64,000 nucleotides of DNA, taken from Turneriella sp. GTDB lineage: Bacteria; Spirochaetota; Leptospiria; Turneriellales; Turneriellaceae. Each line of letters begins with the position of its first letter. The first letter of the stretch is position 1. Below are positions 1 through 9,885 of the stretch, piece by piece. The notes beneath the pieces were generated by a model that ran no database searches, was not told where the DNA came from, and saw only the letters and a list, made by a program, of their open reading frames with translations. The stretch is from positions 896,001-960,000 of the forward strand of contig CBDIID010000003.1 of the NCBI GenBank assembly GCA_965279515.1, in the 5' to 3' direction. A program made the position numbers and the translations under genes.

Positions 1-54
1 GGTCTGCGGCGAAGAGGGCATCCTGCCCGCCGCAGACCTTGCGCATCCCTGCGC
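1..54 (-). repeat. Twin-hairpin A(N)GGA-loop element (copy 1), immediately 3' of tRNA-Ser
   Basis: Minus strand reads GCGC-AGGGAT-GCGC AA GGTCTGCGGC-GGGC-AGGAT-GCCC-TCTTC-GCCGCAGACC; same architecture as five other copies; may be clipped by the window edge. Confidence 0.85.
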
Positions 55-56
55 TT

Positions 57-143
57 CGGAGGAGGTAGGATTCGAACCCACGAGACCCGTGAAGGTCTAA
101 CGGTTTTCAAGACCGCCGCATTCGACCACTCTGCCACTCCTCC
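57..143 (-). tRNA. tRNA-Ser(TGA)
   Basis: GGAGGAGTGGCAGAGTGG...CTTGAAA...long variable arm...GGTTCGAATCC...CTCCTCCG; CCA not encoded. Confidence 0.97.
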
Positions 144-287
144 TATGATTTACTATCCATGGTCGGATTTTCGGATCACCGAAAACCATGCGGACAATAA
201 AAAAAGACCTCTCGGTCTAATCTTACACGTTTAGAGATTGAAACACAGCGTCAAACGAATAGTGGATTGAGGGCCGGTTCAGGCGCT

Positions 288-725
288 TTAGATGGAGAAA
301 CGGCCTTTCAACAGGTTCCAGACACCCAGAGTCGCGAAAGTAGGCAGGCTTTTTGCAAACTGCGCACCGATCGTCGCCCAGTCAAAATAATCGCGCCACA
401 GCGTGATTTTACCGTTTTTGACCTCAAAGGTGCCACAAACCCAGAATTCCAGGCGGAGGCCCGGCCCCGAGAGAATATCTGTGCGCTCGGTGAGCACGGT
501 GCCATCTTTCTCAGCGATATTATGCATAATAACTTCAAACTTTTTACTGATCAGCCCAAAACGTTTCAAGGTTGCGATCGTGGCAGCTTTACCGTCATCC
601 GTAGGTAACGGCACGTTCTGGTACTGGACATTGTCGTCGAGAAGAGACTCCGCCTTTTCTAAATCGGAATCTTCGAGCGCCTTGAGGAAGTCGATGACGG
701 TTTCGGTTGCTGTTGTTTTTGCCAT
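288..725 (-). CDS. Limonene-1,2-epoxide hydrolase / SnoaL (NTF2-like) family protein
   Basis: YQNVP, VLTERTD, VCGTFEVKNGKITLWRDYFD motifs. Confidence 0.88.
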   Translation of the reverse strand: MAKTTATETVIDFLKALEDSDLEKAESLLDDNVQYQNVPLPTDDGKAATIATLKRFGLISKKFEVIMHNIAEKDGTVLTERTDILSGPGLRLEFWVCGTFEVKNGKITLWRDYFDWATIGAQFAKSLPTFATLGVWNLLKGRFSI

Positions 726-734
726 AAAACGACC

Positions 735-1628
735 TTAAAGGAACTTACTCTTCGCTACACCTTCATCAAACTCGCCGTAACCCGCATAGTCGATCAGGTC
801 ATAGAGCTCTTGCCGCGTCTGCATGTTCGGTACTTCACTTTCCTGCGAGCCCGAATTTTTAATGGCATTGAAGACGCGCTCGACGGCCTTCATCTGCACA
901 CGCAGTGAGGTGACGGGGTAAATCACCATTTTATATCCCCATTCCTGGAACTTTTGCGCTGGAATATAAGGCGTTTTACCGAATTCTGTCATGTTCGCCA
1001 GCAGCGGCACCTTGACTTCGGCGGCAAATTGTTTGAATTCTGCTTCTGTTTTCAGCGCTTCAGGGAAAATCGCATCGGCGCCAGCATTGACGTACATCTT
1101 CGCGCGCTTGATCGCTTCTTCAATGCCAAAGATCGCATGGGCATCGGTGCGCGCCAGCAACATCAGGTTCTTGCGCGTCTTTGCTATCGCTTCAATTTTG
1201 CGGCACATTTCATCTGCCGTGACGAGTTCTTTGCCTTCGAGGTGACCGCATTTTTTGGGCAGCTTCTGGTCTTCCATCTGGATCATCGCCGCGCCGGCGC
1301 CTTCCATCTCAAGCACAGTGCGTGGCAGGTGCACGACTTCACCGAAACCGGTGTCGACATCGACGAGAATCGGCAGGTTGGTCGATTGGTAGAGGCCGCG
1401 CACATAGTCCGCAAGCTCTGTGACCGTGAAGTAGCCGATGTCGGGCATACCGCGCGAGGCAGAAAACGCCGCGCCGGAGATATAAAGAGCTTTGAAGCCG
1501 GTCTTTTTGGCCATGAGGCCCGTCAGCTGATCGTGCGCGCCGGGCATCTGCACAATCTCTTTGCCCTGCAGCAGGGCTTTCATCCTTAAAGGAGCATCAA
1601 ATTCGCGTTTGTCTAACATCCATGGCAT
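735..1628 (-). CDS. prpB: 2-methylisocitrate lyase
   Basis: DVDTGFG, EDQKLPKKCGHLEGK, ARTDA, LANMTEFGKTP, MQTRQELY. Confidence 0.95.
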   Translation of the reverse strand: MPWMLDKREFDAPLRMKALLQGKEIVQMPGAHDQLTGLMAKKTGFKALYISGAAFSASRGMPDIGYFTVTELADYVRGLYQSTNLPILVDVDTGFGEVVHLPRTVLEMEGAGAAMIQMEDQKLPKKCGHLEGKELVTADEMCRKIEAIAKTRKNLMLLARTDAHAIFGIEEAIKRAKMYVNAGADAIFPEALKTEAEFKQFAAEVKVPLLANMTEFGKTPYIPAQKFQEWGYKMVIYPVTSLRVQMKAVERVFNAIKNSGSQESEVPNMQTRQELYDLIDYAGYGEFDEGVAKSKFL

Positions 1629-1705
1629 AAGGCAGCGTCGAGGATCGAAACAGGCCGTAAAACGAGAATTGCTTGACCGGGCGGCAAAGCGCGGTATCTG
1701 ATGGT

Positions 1706-2269
1706 ATGGCTTTAGCAGCGCCCGCCCGAAATAAACCGCGCTACGAAGGGATGCGCGTCACACGCGAGGAGTACCTTGACCTGCAGGAAGACGGCTTCAA
1801 ATACGACGTAATCGACGGAGTAATGACCATGGCACCGAGCCCCTATTTTGAACATAATCTCAGGGCGACGAATTTATTGGCGCGGTTACATTCCTATCTC
1901 AAAGAAACGGATTCTGGCCTCGTTGCTAACGAAACCGATGTTCTCTTACCTGACGGTGGCGACCCGCTCAGGCCTGATATCTCCCTTATCATGAAGCAAA
2001 ATCTGCAAATTATAAAAGGTCATATCCACGGTACGCCCGATCTCATCGTTGAGGTGCTCTCCGAATCGACCCGGGAACGCGACCTGGGAGTAAAAGCCGA
2101 TCGCTACCTCAAATGCGGAGTGCGTGAATACTGGATTCTCGATCCGGAAGATAAAACCATGCAATTGTGGCTGAACCGCAAAGACCACTGGGAGAAGAAA
2201 AATGACCCCGAACTTGCGTCGGAGTTGCTGCCCGGGTTATTGATCAGCAGGGCCGAGATTTTTGCTTAA
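1706..2269 (+). CDS. Uma2 family (PD-(D/E)xK-like) endonuclease
   Basis: M-A-P-S-P..H, RPDI, PDLIVEVLSESTRERDLGVK..Y...GVREYWILDP; ATG at 1706 chosen as start. Confidence 0.92.
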   Translation: MALAAPARNKPRYEGMRVTREEYLDLQEDGFKYDVIDGVMTMAPSPYFEHNLRATNLLARLHSYLKETDSGLVANETDVLLPDGGDPLRPDISLIMKQNLQIIKGHIHGTPDLIVEVLSESTRERDLGVKADRYLKCGVREYWILDPEDKTMQLWLNRKDHWEKKNDPELASELLPGLLISRAEIFA

Positions 2270-2302
2270 GCAACCGAACAAAAACCGTCGCTCACACCAC
2301 CC

Positions 2303-3538
2303 ATGAACATTCTCGATTTTCTGAATAACTCCCCCTCACCCGCCTGGGCGGCCGAAACGGCAGCTCAACTTCTGCAAAGTGCGGGATTCAAAGAGACCGG
2401 TCGCAAAATTTTTCTGCGCCCCCACCCCGGCATGCTGGTCGCGGCGGTCTTGCCCGAAAAAATACAGGCTGACAAAGCCTCATTCCGTATCATCGGCGCA
2501 CACACAGATTCACCCCACCTGCGCCTCAAACCCAACACTGCCGTTGAGGCTGCCGGTCATACCGTACTCACGAGCGAAATCTATGGCGGCGCCCTGCTCT
2601 ACACCTGGTTCGACCGCAATTTAGGCATTGCCGGTGAAATCTATTATAAATCGGGAAGTTCGGTTGCGCAGAAGCTCATCAAGATCGATGCGCCTGTCGC
2701 GATTGTGCCATCGCTGGCAATCCATCTGCAGCGTGGCGTCAATGAAGACGGTTTTATTCCCGCGAAGGCCGCGGGCATGAATGCACTCATTACCTTAAAG
2801 AAGGGGGATTTAGACTTCAACCAATATCTGGCGGCGCAGGTCAAGATTGCGCCCGAAACTTTGCTCAGCTATGACCTTTCCCTGTTCGATGTCCAGAAAG
2901 CCACGCGCGGCGGGCTGGATGATCAGCTATTGTCTTCAGCCCGCCTAGACAATCTCGTGAGTTGTTTTACTGCAGTCAGCGCACTCGCAGGTGCGGGCAG
3001 TGAAAATAGGATTCCGGTCGTCGCGCTCTTCGATCATGAAGAGATCGGCAGCGTTTCAGAGGCCGGTGCCGAAAGTATACTTACAGAAAACCTGCTGCGC
3101 GATTTCGGCGCACAGGCCGGGCTTGATGAAAAATCTTTCCGCAGCGCCCTCGGCCGCAGTATCTTTTTGAGCGCCGATATGGCGCACGGGGTACATCCCA
3201 ACGCAAGCGACAAGCATGACACGCAGAACCGGCCCCGCCTCGGCGGCGGCGTGACGCTCAAGGTGAACCAGAACCGCCGCTATGCGACCAGCGCAGCGAC
3301 GCAGGCGGTATTTCACGATATCTGCCGTACGAACCAAATTGCGTCGCAGATCTACACACACCGCAACGATTTACCCTGCGGCAGCACCATCGGCCCCGCA
3401 GTCAGCGCCCGGCTGGGCATAGCCACGCTCGACGTCGGCGTGGCGATGCTGGGCATGCATTCGATACGCGAAACCTGCGCGTGGGAAGATCTTGCCCACT
3501 ATCAGAAATTTATGAGCACGTTCTTGGCGGGGTCATAG
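2303..3538 (+). CDS. apeB: M18 family (aspartyl) aminopeptidase
   Basis: GAHTDSP, RLDNL, FDHEEIGS, SADMAH, PCGSTIGP, MHSIRE. Confidence 0.92.
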   Translation: MNILDFLNNSPSPAWAAETAAQLLQSAGFKETGRKIFLRPHPGMLVAAVLPEKIQADKASFRIIGAHTDSPHLRLKPNTAVEAAGHTVLTSEIYGGALLYTWFDRNLGIAGEIYYKSGSSVAQKLIKIDAPVAIVPSLAIHLQRGVNEDGFIPAKAAGMNALITLKKGDLDFNQYLAAQVKIAPETLLSYDLSLFDVQKATRGGLDDQLLSSARLDNLVSCFTAVSALAGAGSENRIPVVALFDHEEIGSVSEAGAESILTENLLRDFGAQAGLDEKSFRSALGRSIFLSADMAHGVHPNASDKHDTQNRPRLGGGVTLKVNQNRRYATSAATQAVFHDICRTNQIASQIYTHRNDLPCGSTIGPAVSARLGIATLDVGVAMLGMHSIRETCAWEDLAHYQKFMSTFLAGS

Positions 3539-3558
3539 GGGTATGCAATACCCCTATG
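3534..3558. terminator. Hairpin between convergent genes
   Basis: CATAGGGGTAT-GCA-ATACCCCTATG perfect 11-bp inverted repeat. Confidence 0.6.
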
Positions 3559-3582
3559 CATTTGATTACTTTTTAAAAGTAA

Positions 3583-3939
3583 TCAACCCATATTCCCGGC
3601 GCGGGAATTGATCTTATCGAGAAAGTCGAAATCGAGATTCAGCGTTTCATCGCCGTCAAAATGGCTCTTGAGTTCGGCGTAGATAATGCCGGAAAAATGC
3701 TTCTTGTCGTTGAGTTGGGGATGGATTGAGTACTCCACCCACCTGCCCTGCTTATTATCTAATACGAGATCGGAATCGCGCAGGATGGATAAATGCTGGG
3801 AAATCGTCGGCATCGACAGGCGCAGCATGAGTTTAATGTCATTAACGACGAGCGGTCGGCGCGACAAAAGCGCTAAAATCCGCAGCCGCTGCTTGTCGGA
3901 GAGCGCTTTGAACATGCGTTCGTATTCGCGCAATTGCAC
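3583..3939 (-). CDS. ArsR/SmtB family transcriptional regulator
   Basis: FKALSDKQRLRIL...SMPTISQHLSILRDSDLV...KQGRWVEYSI winged HTH. Confidence 0.92.
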   Translation of the reverse strand: MQLREYERMFKALSDKQRLRILALLSRRPLVVNDIKLMLRLSMPTISQHLSILRDSDLVLDNKQGRWVEYSIHPQLNDKKHFSGIIYAELKSHFDGDETLNLDFDFLDKINSRAGNMG

Positions 3940-4014
3940 ACTTAACGAAGTGGCGAAATGAATCGGCGTGTCAAGTAGGTCAAATAATGGAAGATCTGAT
4001 TGTGAATCAAAAAA

Positions 4015-4041
4015 CGCCGTGTCCCCGTGCTCGCCGTGGTT
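4015..4041. repeat. CACGG-unit palindromic repeat, half copy
   Basis: CGCCGTGTCCCCGTGCTCGCCGTGGTT matches the 3' arm of the elements at 5134, 10728 and 47373. Confidence 0.75.
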
Positions 4042-4246
4042 CTCATTTTTTTAAGCCTTCTATTCATTCAATTGATAACCTGCTAACATATTTATACTTC
4101 GCTATTTATCAAAATAAAGATTTTCTCGCTGAGTCACCTGCCCATTATGTCCCCAAGCCGTATTAGAGTCCTGTGGAAGCCTCCACACGAGTCCAATACG
4201 GCCCGACGGGGGAAATCCCCCTCAAATGGAAAAGAAAGGAGAATGT

Positions 4247-5119
4247 ATGAAAACAGCAAAGATCATAGCCGCCCTGTCACTCGCGGCCCTCATTGCCTGC
4301 GGTAAAAAGGACGCGAGCCTTAAAATTGCGGGTTCAGACACGATGGTGCAGCTCGGCCAGACCCTGGCGAAGACCTACATGGAAGCAGATGCGAAGAATA
4401 AAGTTTCTGTTCAGGGTGGCGGCAGCGGCACAGGCATCGCGGCGCTACTCAACGGTTCAACCGACATTGCCAGCGCCTCACGTGAAATGAAACCCAAGGA
4501 ATGGGACCAGGCGAAGGCGAAAGGCCTCAATGTGAAGGAATATGTTGTGGCGCTCGACGCATTGGCAGTCGTGGTGAACCCCACAAACAAAGTCGCTAAA
4601 CTCACGATCGCACAACTCAGTGATATCTATTCGGGCAAAATCAGCAACTGGAAAGAAGTCGGCGGCGAAGATAAGGAAATCCTCGTGATTTCGCGCGAAA
4701 ACAACTCGGGCACGCATGTCTATTTCAAAGAGCATGTGCTGCGCCAGGGTAAAGAAGCGAAAAAAGACGACGCCAACCCGGACCCGCTGTCAAAACTCGA
4801 ATTCGGCAGCAAGGTCACCTACGGCGTTTCATCCCAGGCGATCGCTGACCAGGTGAAATCAAACCCGGCAGCCATTGGTTATTTCGGCATGGGTTGGATC
4901 ACCAAAGATGTGAAGGCCGTGGAGATCAGCAAGGACGGCAAAACCTTCTTTGCGCCGACCGCTGAAAATACTTCGAGCAAAAAATATCCGATCGCGCGCG
5001 GTCTGCAGATGTATCTCAACACCGCATCGGGTGAAAAAGGCCAAAGGTTCATTGACTTTGTGATGAGCGCTGCCGGACAAAAGGTTGTTAAAGACCAGGA
5101 TTTCGTTCCGGTTAAGTAA
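4247..5119 (+). CDS. pstS: Phosphate ABC transporter substrate-binding lipoprotein
   Basis: Lipobox LIAC; AGSDTM, GGGSGTG, ASASR, SRENNSGT, YPIAR; AAGGAG SD before ATG 4247. Confidence 0.95.
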   Translation: MKTAKIIAALSLAALIACGKKDASLKIAGSDTMVQLGQTLAKTYMEADAKNKVSVQGGGSGTGIAALLNGSTDIASASREMKPKEWDQAKAKGLNVKEYVVALDALAVVVNPTNKVAKLTIAQLSDIYSGKISNWKEVGGEDKEILVISRENNSGTHVYFKEHVLRQGKEAKKDDANPDPLSKLEFGSKVTYGVSSQAIADQVKSNPAAIGYFGMGWITKDVKAVEISKDGKTFFAPTAENTSSKKYPIARGLQMYLNTASGEKGQRFIDFVMSAAGQKVVKDQDFVPVK

Positions 5120-5133
5120 TCGGTATGAAAAAG

Positions 5134-5199
5134 ACCACAGCGATCACGGAGGACACGGCGATGAAACCAAATCGCCGTGCTCGCCGTGCCGCCGCGGTT
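5134..5199. repeat. CACGG-unit palindromic intergenic repeat
   Basis: ACCACAGCGAT-CACGGAGGA-CACGGCGAT ... ATCGCCGTGCTCGCCGTGCCGCCGCGGTT. Confidence 0.85.
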
Positions 5200-5320
5200 A
5201 AAAATTCTATCGCCATTCAGCAAAATTGCCTTGAAAATCAAGGTCATTTTGCTAAATGACGAATAACGATGTACGCAAAGTCGAAGGGGCAATAGTTGGC
5301 CTGCGTACGAGGAGCTATCA

Positions 5321-6205
5321 ATGCAAAAGCGTAGCCGCATCGCAGAATATCTCATCGAAAAAGGCCTGATACGATTATCGGGTTATGCGGCCGTCGCCGT
5401 ATTGCTCCTGATTCTGTTCTTTATTTTGCGCGAAGGTCTGCCGTTCTTCGGCGTCTACAGCGCATCGGATTTCCTCTTTAAGACAGACTGGTATCCGCTC
5501 TCGGGCCGTTACGGCATGTTGCCGCTTCTCACCGGCAGCATCATGGTCACTGTATTGTCGCTCGCCGTCGCTGTGCCGATGGCGATCGGGACTGCAATTT
5601 TTCTCTCAGAACTTGCGCCAACACGCGTGAGAAGCATGTTCAAGGTGCTGCTCGAAATACTCGCGTCGATACCATCGGTGGTGTTCGGCTTTTTAGGTAT
5701 TATCTTCTTAGGTCCCTGGGTGCAAAAGACCTTTGGCCTGCAGACGGGCCTTAACGCCTTTAGCGCGGGAATCCTGCTTGCCTTCATGGCTTTGCCCACG
5801 ATTGCCAGTGTCGCCGACGAGGCGATGCAGGCAGTGCCGCGCAGTTTGCGCGAGGCATCGCTGGCGCTGGGCGCAAGCCGCATACAGACGATTTTCCGTA
5901 TCACATTCCCCGCTGCATCGTCGGGGGTCATCGCCGGCGTGATGCTCGGCATCGGCCGCGCGATCGGTGAAACCATGACCGTGATGATGGTCGCGGGCGG
6001 CTCTGCGCAGGTAACTCTCAACCCGATGGCGCCGGTGCGTACCATGACGGGCACCATCGCCGCGGAAATGGGCGAAGTCGTGATGGGCGACGACCATTAC
6101 CGCGCACTCTTTATGATCGGCTTGCTGCTTTTTGTCATCACGCTCGGCGTAAACACGCTCTCGGGCCTGATCATCGAGCGCATCCGCCGGAGGCAGGGAG
6201 CATGA
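5321..6205 (+). CDS. pstC: Phosphate ABC transporter permease
   Basis: [46 protein letters not shown]. Confidence 0.96.
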   Translation: MQKRSRIAEYLIEKGLIRLSGYAAVAVLLLILFFILREGLPFFGVYSASDFLFKTDWYPLSGRYGMLPLLTGSIMVTVLSLAVAVPMAIGTAIFLSELAPTRVRSMFKVLLEILASIPSVVFGFLGIIFLGPWVQKTFGLQTGLNAFSAGILLAFMALPTIASVADEAMQAVPRSLREASLALGASRIQTIFRITFPAASSGVIAGVMLGIGRAIGETMTVMMVAGGSAQVTLNPMAPVRTMTGTIAAEMGEVVMGDDHYRALFMIGLLLFVITLGVNTLSGLIIERIRRRQGA

Positions 6206-7059
6206 TCGCGCGCAAGATTCGCGTCGGTGACGGCATCGGCTTAGCGTTTATTTATACGATGACTGCTCTCGTCTTCTTGCCTTTGGTAGGCTTTCTCGTC
6301 TATGTCATTGCAAAAGGTGTCGGGCGCATCAACTGGGAGTTCCTCTTCACCGCGTCTTCGTCGATGGAATCGGGCGGCATCTTTGCACCGCTGTACGGTA
6401 CGTTGATTTTAACTCTGGCTTCTCTGGTGGTGGCGGTGCCGATTTCACTTTTTGCCGCAGTCTATCTTTCAGAGTACGCGCGCAAAGACCGCTGGTTCCA
6501 GATTATTGAACTCACGATTGTCAACCTCGCTGGAGTGCCGTCGGTAGTTTATGGCCTTTTCGGCTTGGGACTCTTCGTTATTTTCTTTGGCCTCGGCAAA
6601 TCCATCATTGCCGGTGCGCTGACGATGGCCTGCATGTCGCTGCCGCTTCTGGTCACGGTTTTTTACCAGGCGCTCAAAGCGGTTCCCCTAACCCTGCGCG
6701 AGGCATCGCTGGCGCTGGGGGCGTCGAAACTGGCGACAACGTTTAGGATCGTGGTTCCGACAGCGCTTCCCGGTATTTTCACGGGCGTCATTCTCGCAAC
6801 CGCGCGTATTGCCGGCGAAACGGCACCGGTACTCTTTACGGTCGCTGCATACTACATGCCCAACCTGCCGCAGAGCCTTTCAGATCAGTCGATGCTGCTC
6901 TCTTACCATCTCTATGTCATCAGCACACAGAATACCGGGGTCAAAGACGAACAGAAGTTTGCCGTCACGCTGGTTCTGGTGCTGCTCGTGCTCCTCGTGA
7001 ACCTCATCGCCATCTGGGCGAGATCGCGCGCCCGCAAAAAAATCGGTAACCTAGGATAA
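6202..7059 (+). CDS. pstA: Phosphate ABC transporter permease
   Basis: [29 protein letters not shown]; 4-bp overlap with pstC. Confidence 0.96.
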   Translation: MIARKIRVGDGIGLAFIYTMTALVFLPLVGFLVYVIAKGVGRINWEFLFTASSSMESGGIFAPLYGTLILTLASLVVAVPISLFAAVYLSEYARKDRWFQIIELTIVNLAGVPSVVYGLFGLGLFVIFFGLGKSIIAGALTMACMSLPLLVTVFYQALKAVPLTLREASLALGASKLATTFRIVVPTALPGIFTGVILATARIAGETAPVLFTVAAYYMPNLPQSLSDQSMLLSYHLYVISTQNTGVKDEQKFAVTLVLVLLVLLVNLIAIWARSRARKKIGNLG

Positions 7060-7063
7060 TATT

Positions 7064-7849
7064 ATGGAAAAAGCCGCCACGGATGTAATTACAAAGCCAA
7101 TTCTAAAACTCGAGCAGGTCAATCTGCATTACGGCGACAACCATGTGCTGAAAAATATCAGTATGGACATCGCCGCTAACTCGATTACCGCCTTCATCGG
7201 CCCTTCAGGCTGCGGCAAGTCGTCGCTGCTGCGCTGCCTCAACCGCATGAACGACCTCATTGATACGACCAAGGTCGAAGGTAAAATCTTATTCGACGGC
7301 AAGATCGACATCAACGAACGCCGCATCGACGTCACGCAACTGCGCCGCAAGATCGGCATGGTATTCCAGAAACCGAACCCCTTCCCCAAATCGATCTATG
7401 AAAACATCGCCTACGGTATACGCATTGCGCAGGCGGCGCCAAAATCTGAAGTCGACGGCCGTATTGAAGAGGCCTTAAAAAAGGTCGGGCTCTGGAAAGA
7501 AGTTTCTGACCGCCTGAAAGATTCGGGGATGGCCCTCTCGGGTGGCCAGGCGCAGCGGCTTTGCATTGCACGCACGATTGCCACGAAGCCCGATATCATT
7601 CTGATGGATGAACCTACCAGCGCGCTCGACCCGATCAGCACGCAGACGATTGAAGAGCTTACGCTCGAACTCAAAGAAAACTACACCGTGGTGATTGTCA
7701 CGCACAACATGCAGCAAGCCGCGCGGATCTCGGACAGCACGGCATTCTTTTACCTCGGTGATCTGATTGAATACAGCCCGACGAAAGTCATGTTTACGCG
7801 TCCGCAACAAAAGAGAACAGAAGACTACATCACAGGCCGGTTCGGCTAG
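7064..7849 (+). CDS. pstB: Phosphate ABC transporter ATP-binding protein
   Basis: [48 protein letters not shown]. Confidence 0.98.
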   Translation: MEKAATDVITKPILKLEQVNLHYGDNHVLKNISMDIAANSITAFIGPSGCGKSSLLRCLNRMNDLIDTTKVEGKILFDGKIDINERRIDVTQLRRKIGMVFQKPNPFPKSIYENIAYGIRIAQAAPKSEVDGRIEEALKKVGLWKEVSDRLKDSGMALSGGQAQRLCIARTIATKPDIILMDEPTSALDPISTQTIEELTLELKENYTVVIVTHNMQQAARISDSTAFFYLGDLIEYSPTKVMFTRPQQKRTEDYITGRFG

Positions 7850-7857
7850 GAGAAATT

Positions 7858-8484
7858 ATGCTCATCATCGAAAAAGCCCTCAAGGAACTCCGCGAAAACC
7901 TCAACTTGATGACCGAAGTGGTGCTCGACATGCTCGAGCTCGTCAAAAACTCGCTCGAACAGGAAAAGATCAACGAGCTCGAGGTTGTCTTCAAACAGGA
8001 TAAACACTTAGACCAGCTCGAAAAGGCCCTCGACCGCCAGTGCATGGAGCTGCTCGCACTCATCAATCCGCATGCGTCGGACCTGCGTTTTGTTTTTTCA
8101 GTGATCAAGGTCAACGTCGATCTCGAGCGCATGGGCGACGAATGCAAAAACGTCGCACGTGAGATGAAGGGTTACAGCGACAAAATACCACCTGAGATGA
8201 AACAACTGGCCGAGATGGTCTATGCCACTGCGCAGAAGACATTCCGCGCACTGAAGAATGACGATTCGAAGCTTGCGAAAGAGATTATTCTCGAAGATGA
8301 CGCCATCGACACACTCGAATACAATATCCTGCAAAAGTACCCGCAGATCGGCACCTCGTTTACCGCCAAGGCCCTCGAGCGCATCGCCGACCATGCGACG
8401 AATGTGGCTGAGAGCATCATCTATTCCGTGGAAGGTATTGACGTGCGCCACGAGAACACCATCAGACAGCGTATGGGAAAGTAG
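7858..8484 (+). CDS. phoU: Phosphate signalling complex protein
   Basis: ASDLR, DLERMGD, ALERIADHATNVAE, GIDVRH. Confidence 0.95.
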   Translation: MLIIEKALKELRENLNLMTEVVLDMLELVKNSLEQEKINELEVVFKQDKHLDQLEKALDRQCMELLALINPHASDLRFVFSVIKVNVDLERMGDECKNVAREMKGYSDKIPPEMKQLAEMVYATAQKTFRALKNDDSKLAKEIILEDDAIDTLEYNILQKYPQIGTSFTAKALERIADHATNVAESIIYSVEGIDVRHENTIRQRMGK

Positions 8485-8556
8485 CCCTTTGTTGCGCAGC
8501 ATAAAAAAGTGGCTGCGGCCTCAACATTTCGTTATTTTCCTAAATGAAGAATATAC

Positions 8557-9879
8557 ATGAAAGCAACAATGACAAAACTAACCAAAGAGACAGCCCCACA
8601 GTCCTGGGATGCCGAACTCACGCACGCGCTTGCCGTCGCCCGCAATATTCTCGAACAGCGTACCTGGCGGCAAAGCATCCGCGAAAACACTATCTTTTCG
8701 GCGTTCGAAGTCGGCAAGCTGGCCAACATCGCCATTGACTGGGTTTCGAACGAGACGGCGCTCAAAACCGTCGACGAACTCATACACGATTTCGGCATCG
8801 AGTTTTTTCCCGTACGCGCCTCGGGTAAATTTATCGGCTATGTGAAGCAGGAGAAATTCCGCGCGCTGCTGGGGCAGAACCAGTACAGCCGCGATATCTT
8901 TTTGCGCAGCGAAAATACCGTCATCGATGTTCTCGAAGAAGGTTTAGTGAGCGTCGATGCGCGTATGACTCTGCCTGAGGTGTCGCGCCTACTCATGGCC
9001 CGCGGCCGCGAGCAGCTCTATGATCCCTTCGTTATCACCTACCACGGCGAATATTACGGCGTCGCCACCGTTAAGGCCGTCATGGACGGCATCGCCTTCT
9101 ACGAGCAAAAAGATATCGCCGCCGCCCGCGAAGCGCAGCAGGCGATGAACAGCCCCAAAAAAAACAACCGGGGTATCTATGTCGATTATGACTTCTTTAT
9201 CGAGCAACACGGTGAAGTCGGCGGCGATTTTATCTATGCACAGGGCCTGAAACCCCATCTGACACTGTTCTCCGTGATGGACGTCTGCGGCAAGGGCCTC
9301 AAGGCGGCGCAGATGGCCATGGCGATGGGCGCCTATTTCCGCGCGATCTTCAAATATCTCTGCAAGACGGGTATCGATGCGGATTTCCGCAGTGTCAAAC
9401 TCTCGCAGCGCCTGAAAATCCTCAACACCATGCTGGCAAAATCGACGCCGTCCGATATGTATGCCTCAGGTGTCGTGCTGCTGCTCGATATCCGTAATAA
9501 TATTCTCCTTTACTTCGATTTCGGCCATACCCCGGTCTATGTGCTGCGCAACGGCAAGGTCATGCCGCTGCCGCGCGCAGAACACAACGAAGCCGACGGC
9601 TTCCCTTTCGTCGGTGTCGAAGAGCAGATGATCATCCGTTCGGTGCCGATACGCGTTAAATCGGGCGATGTCTTCATCGTCACCACAGACGGTATCGGCG
9701 AAACCCGCAACGAGATGCGCGAAGAATTCGGCGAAGACGGCATCATCCGCACACTGACCGGCCGTACATTTGAACACCCGACACAAGTGACCGAACTCAT
9801 GCGCACGGCACTGGCCAATTTCCGGGGCAAGTACCGAAGGCTCGACGATATGTCCTTCCTGAGCTTCATGGTGCCATAG
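8557..9879 (+). CDS. CBS-pair plus SpoIIE/PP2C-type protein phosphatase
   Basis: N-terminal CBS-like pair (DPFVITYHGEYYGVATVKAVM); PP2C motifs VGGDF, DVCGKG, GH, TDGIGE, DDMS. Confidence 0.85.
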   Translation: MKATMTKLTKETAPQSWDAELTHALAVARNILEQRTWRQSIRENTIFSAFEVGKLANIAIDWVSNETALKTVDELIHDFGIEFFPVRASGKFIGYVKQEKFRALLGQNQYSRDIFLRSENTVIDVLEEGLVSVDARMTLPEVSRLLMARGREQLYDPFVITYHGEYYGVATVKAVMDGIAFYEQKDIAAAREAQQAMNSPKKNNRGIYVDYDFFIEQHGEVGGDFIYAQGLKPHLTLFSVMDVCGKGLKAAQMAMAMGAYFRAIFKYLCKTGIDADFRSVKLSQRLKILNTMLAKSTPSDMYASGVVLLLDIRNNILLYFDFGHTPVYVLRNGKVMPLPRAEHNEADGFPFVGVEEQMIIRSVPIRVKSGDVFIVTTDGIGETRNEMREEFGEDGIIRTLTGRTFEHPTQVTELMRTALANFRGKYRRLDDMSFLSFMVP

Positions 9880-9885
9880 GCACAG

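Noticed and set aside
1706..2269. Uma2 gene as part of a restriction system or as the element's mobiliser
   Set aside because: It stands alone with no methylase and no flanking element copies; Uma2 genes are commonly scattered.
4060..4100. Pho box upstream of pstS
   Set aside because: Only weak AT-rich periodicity is visible; no convincing 11-bp direct repeat.
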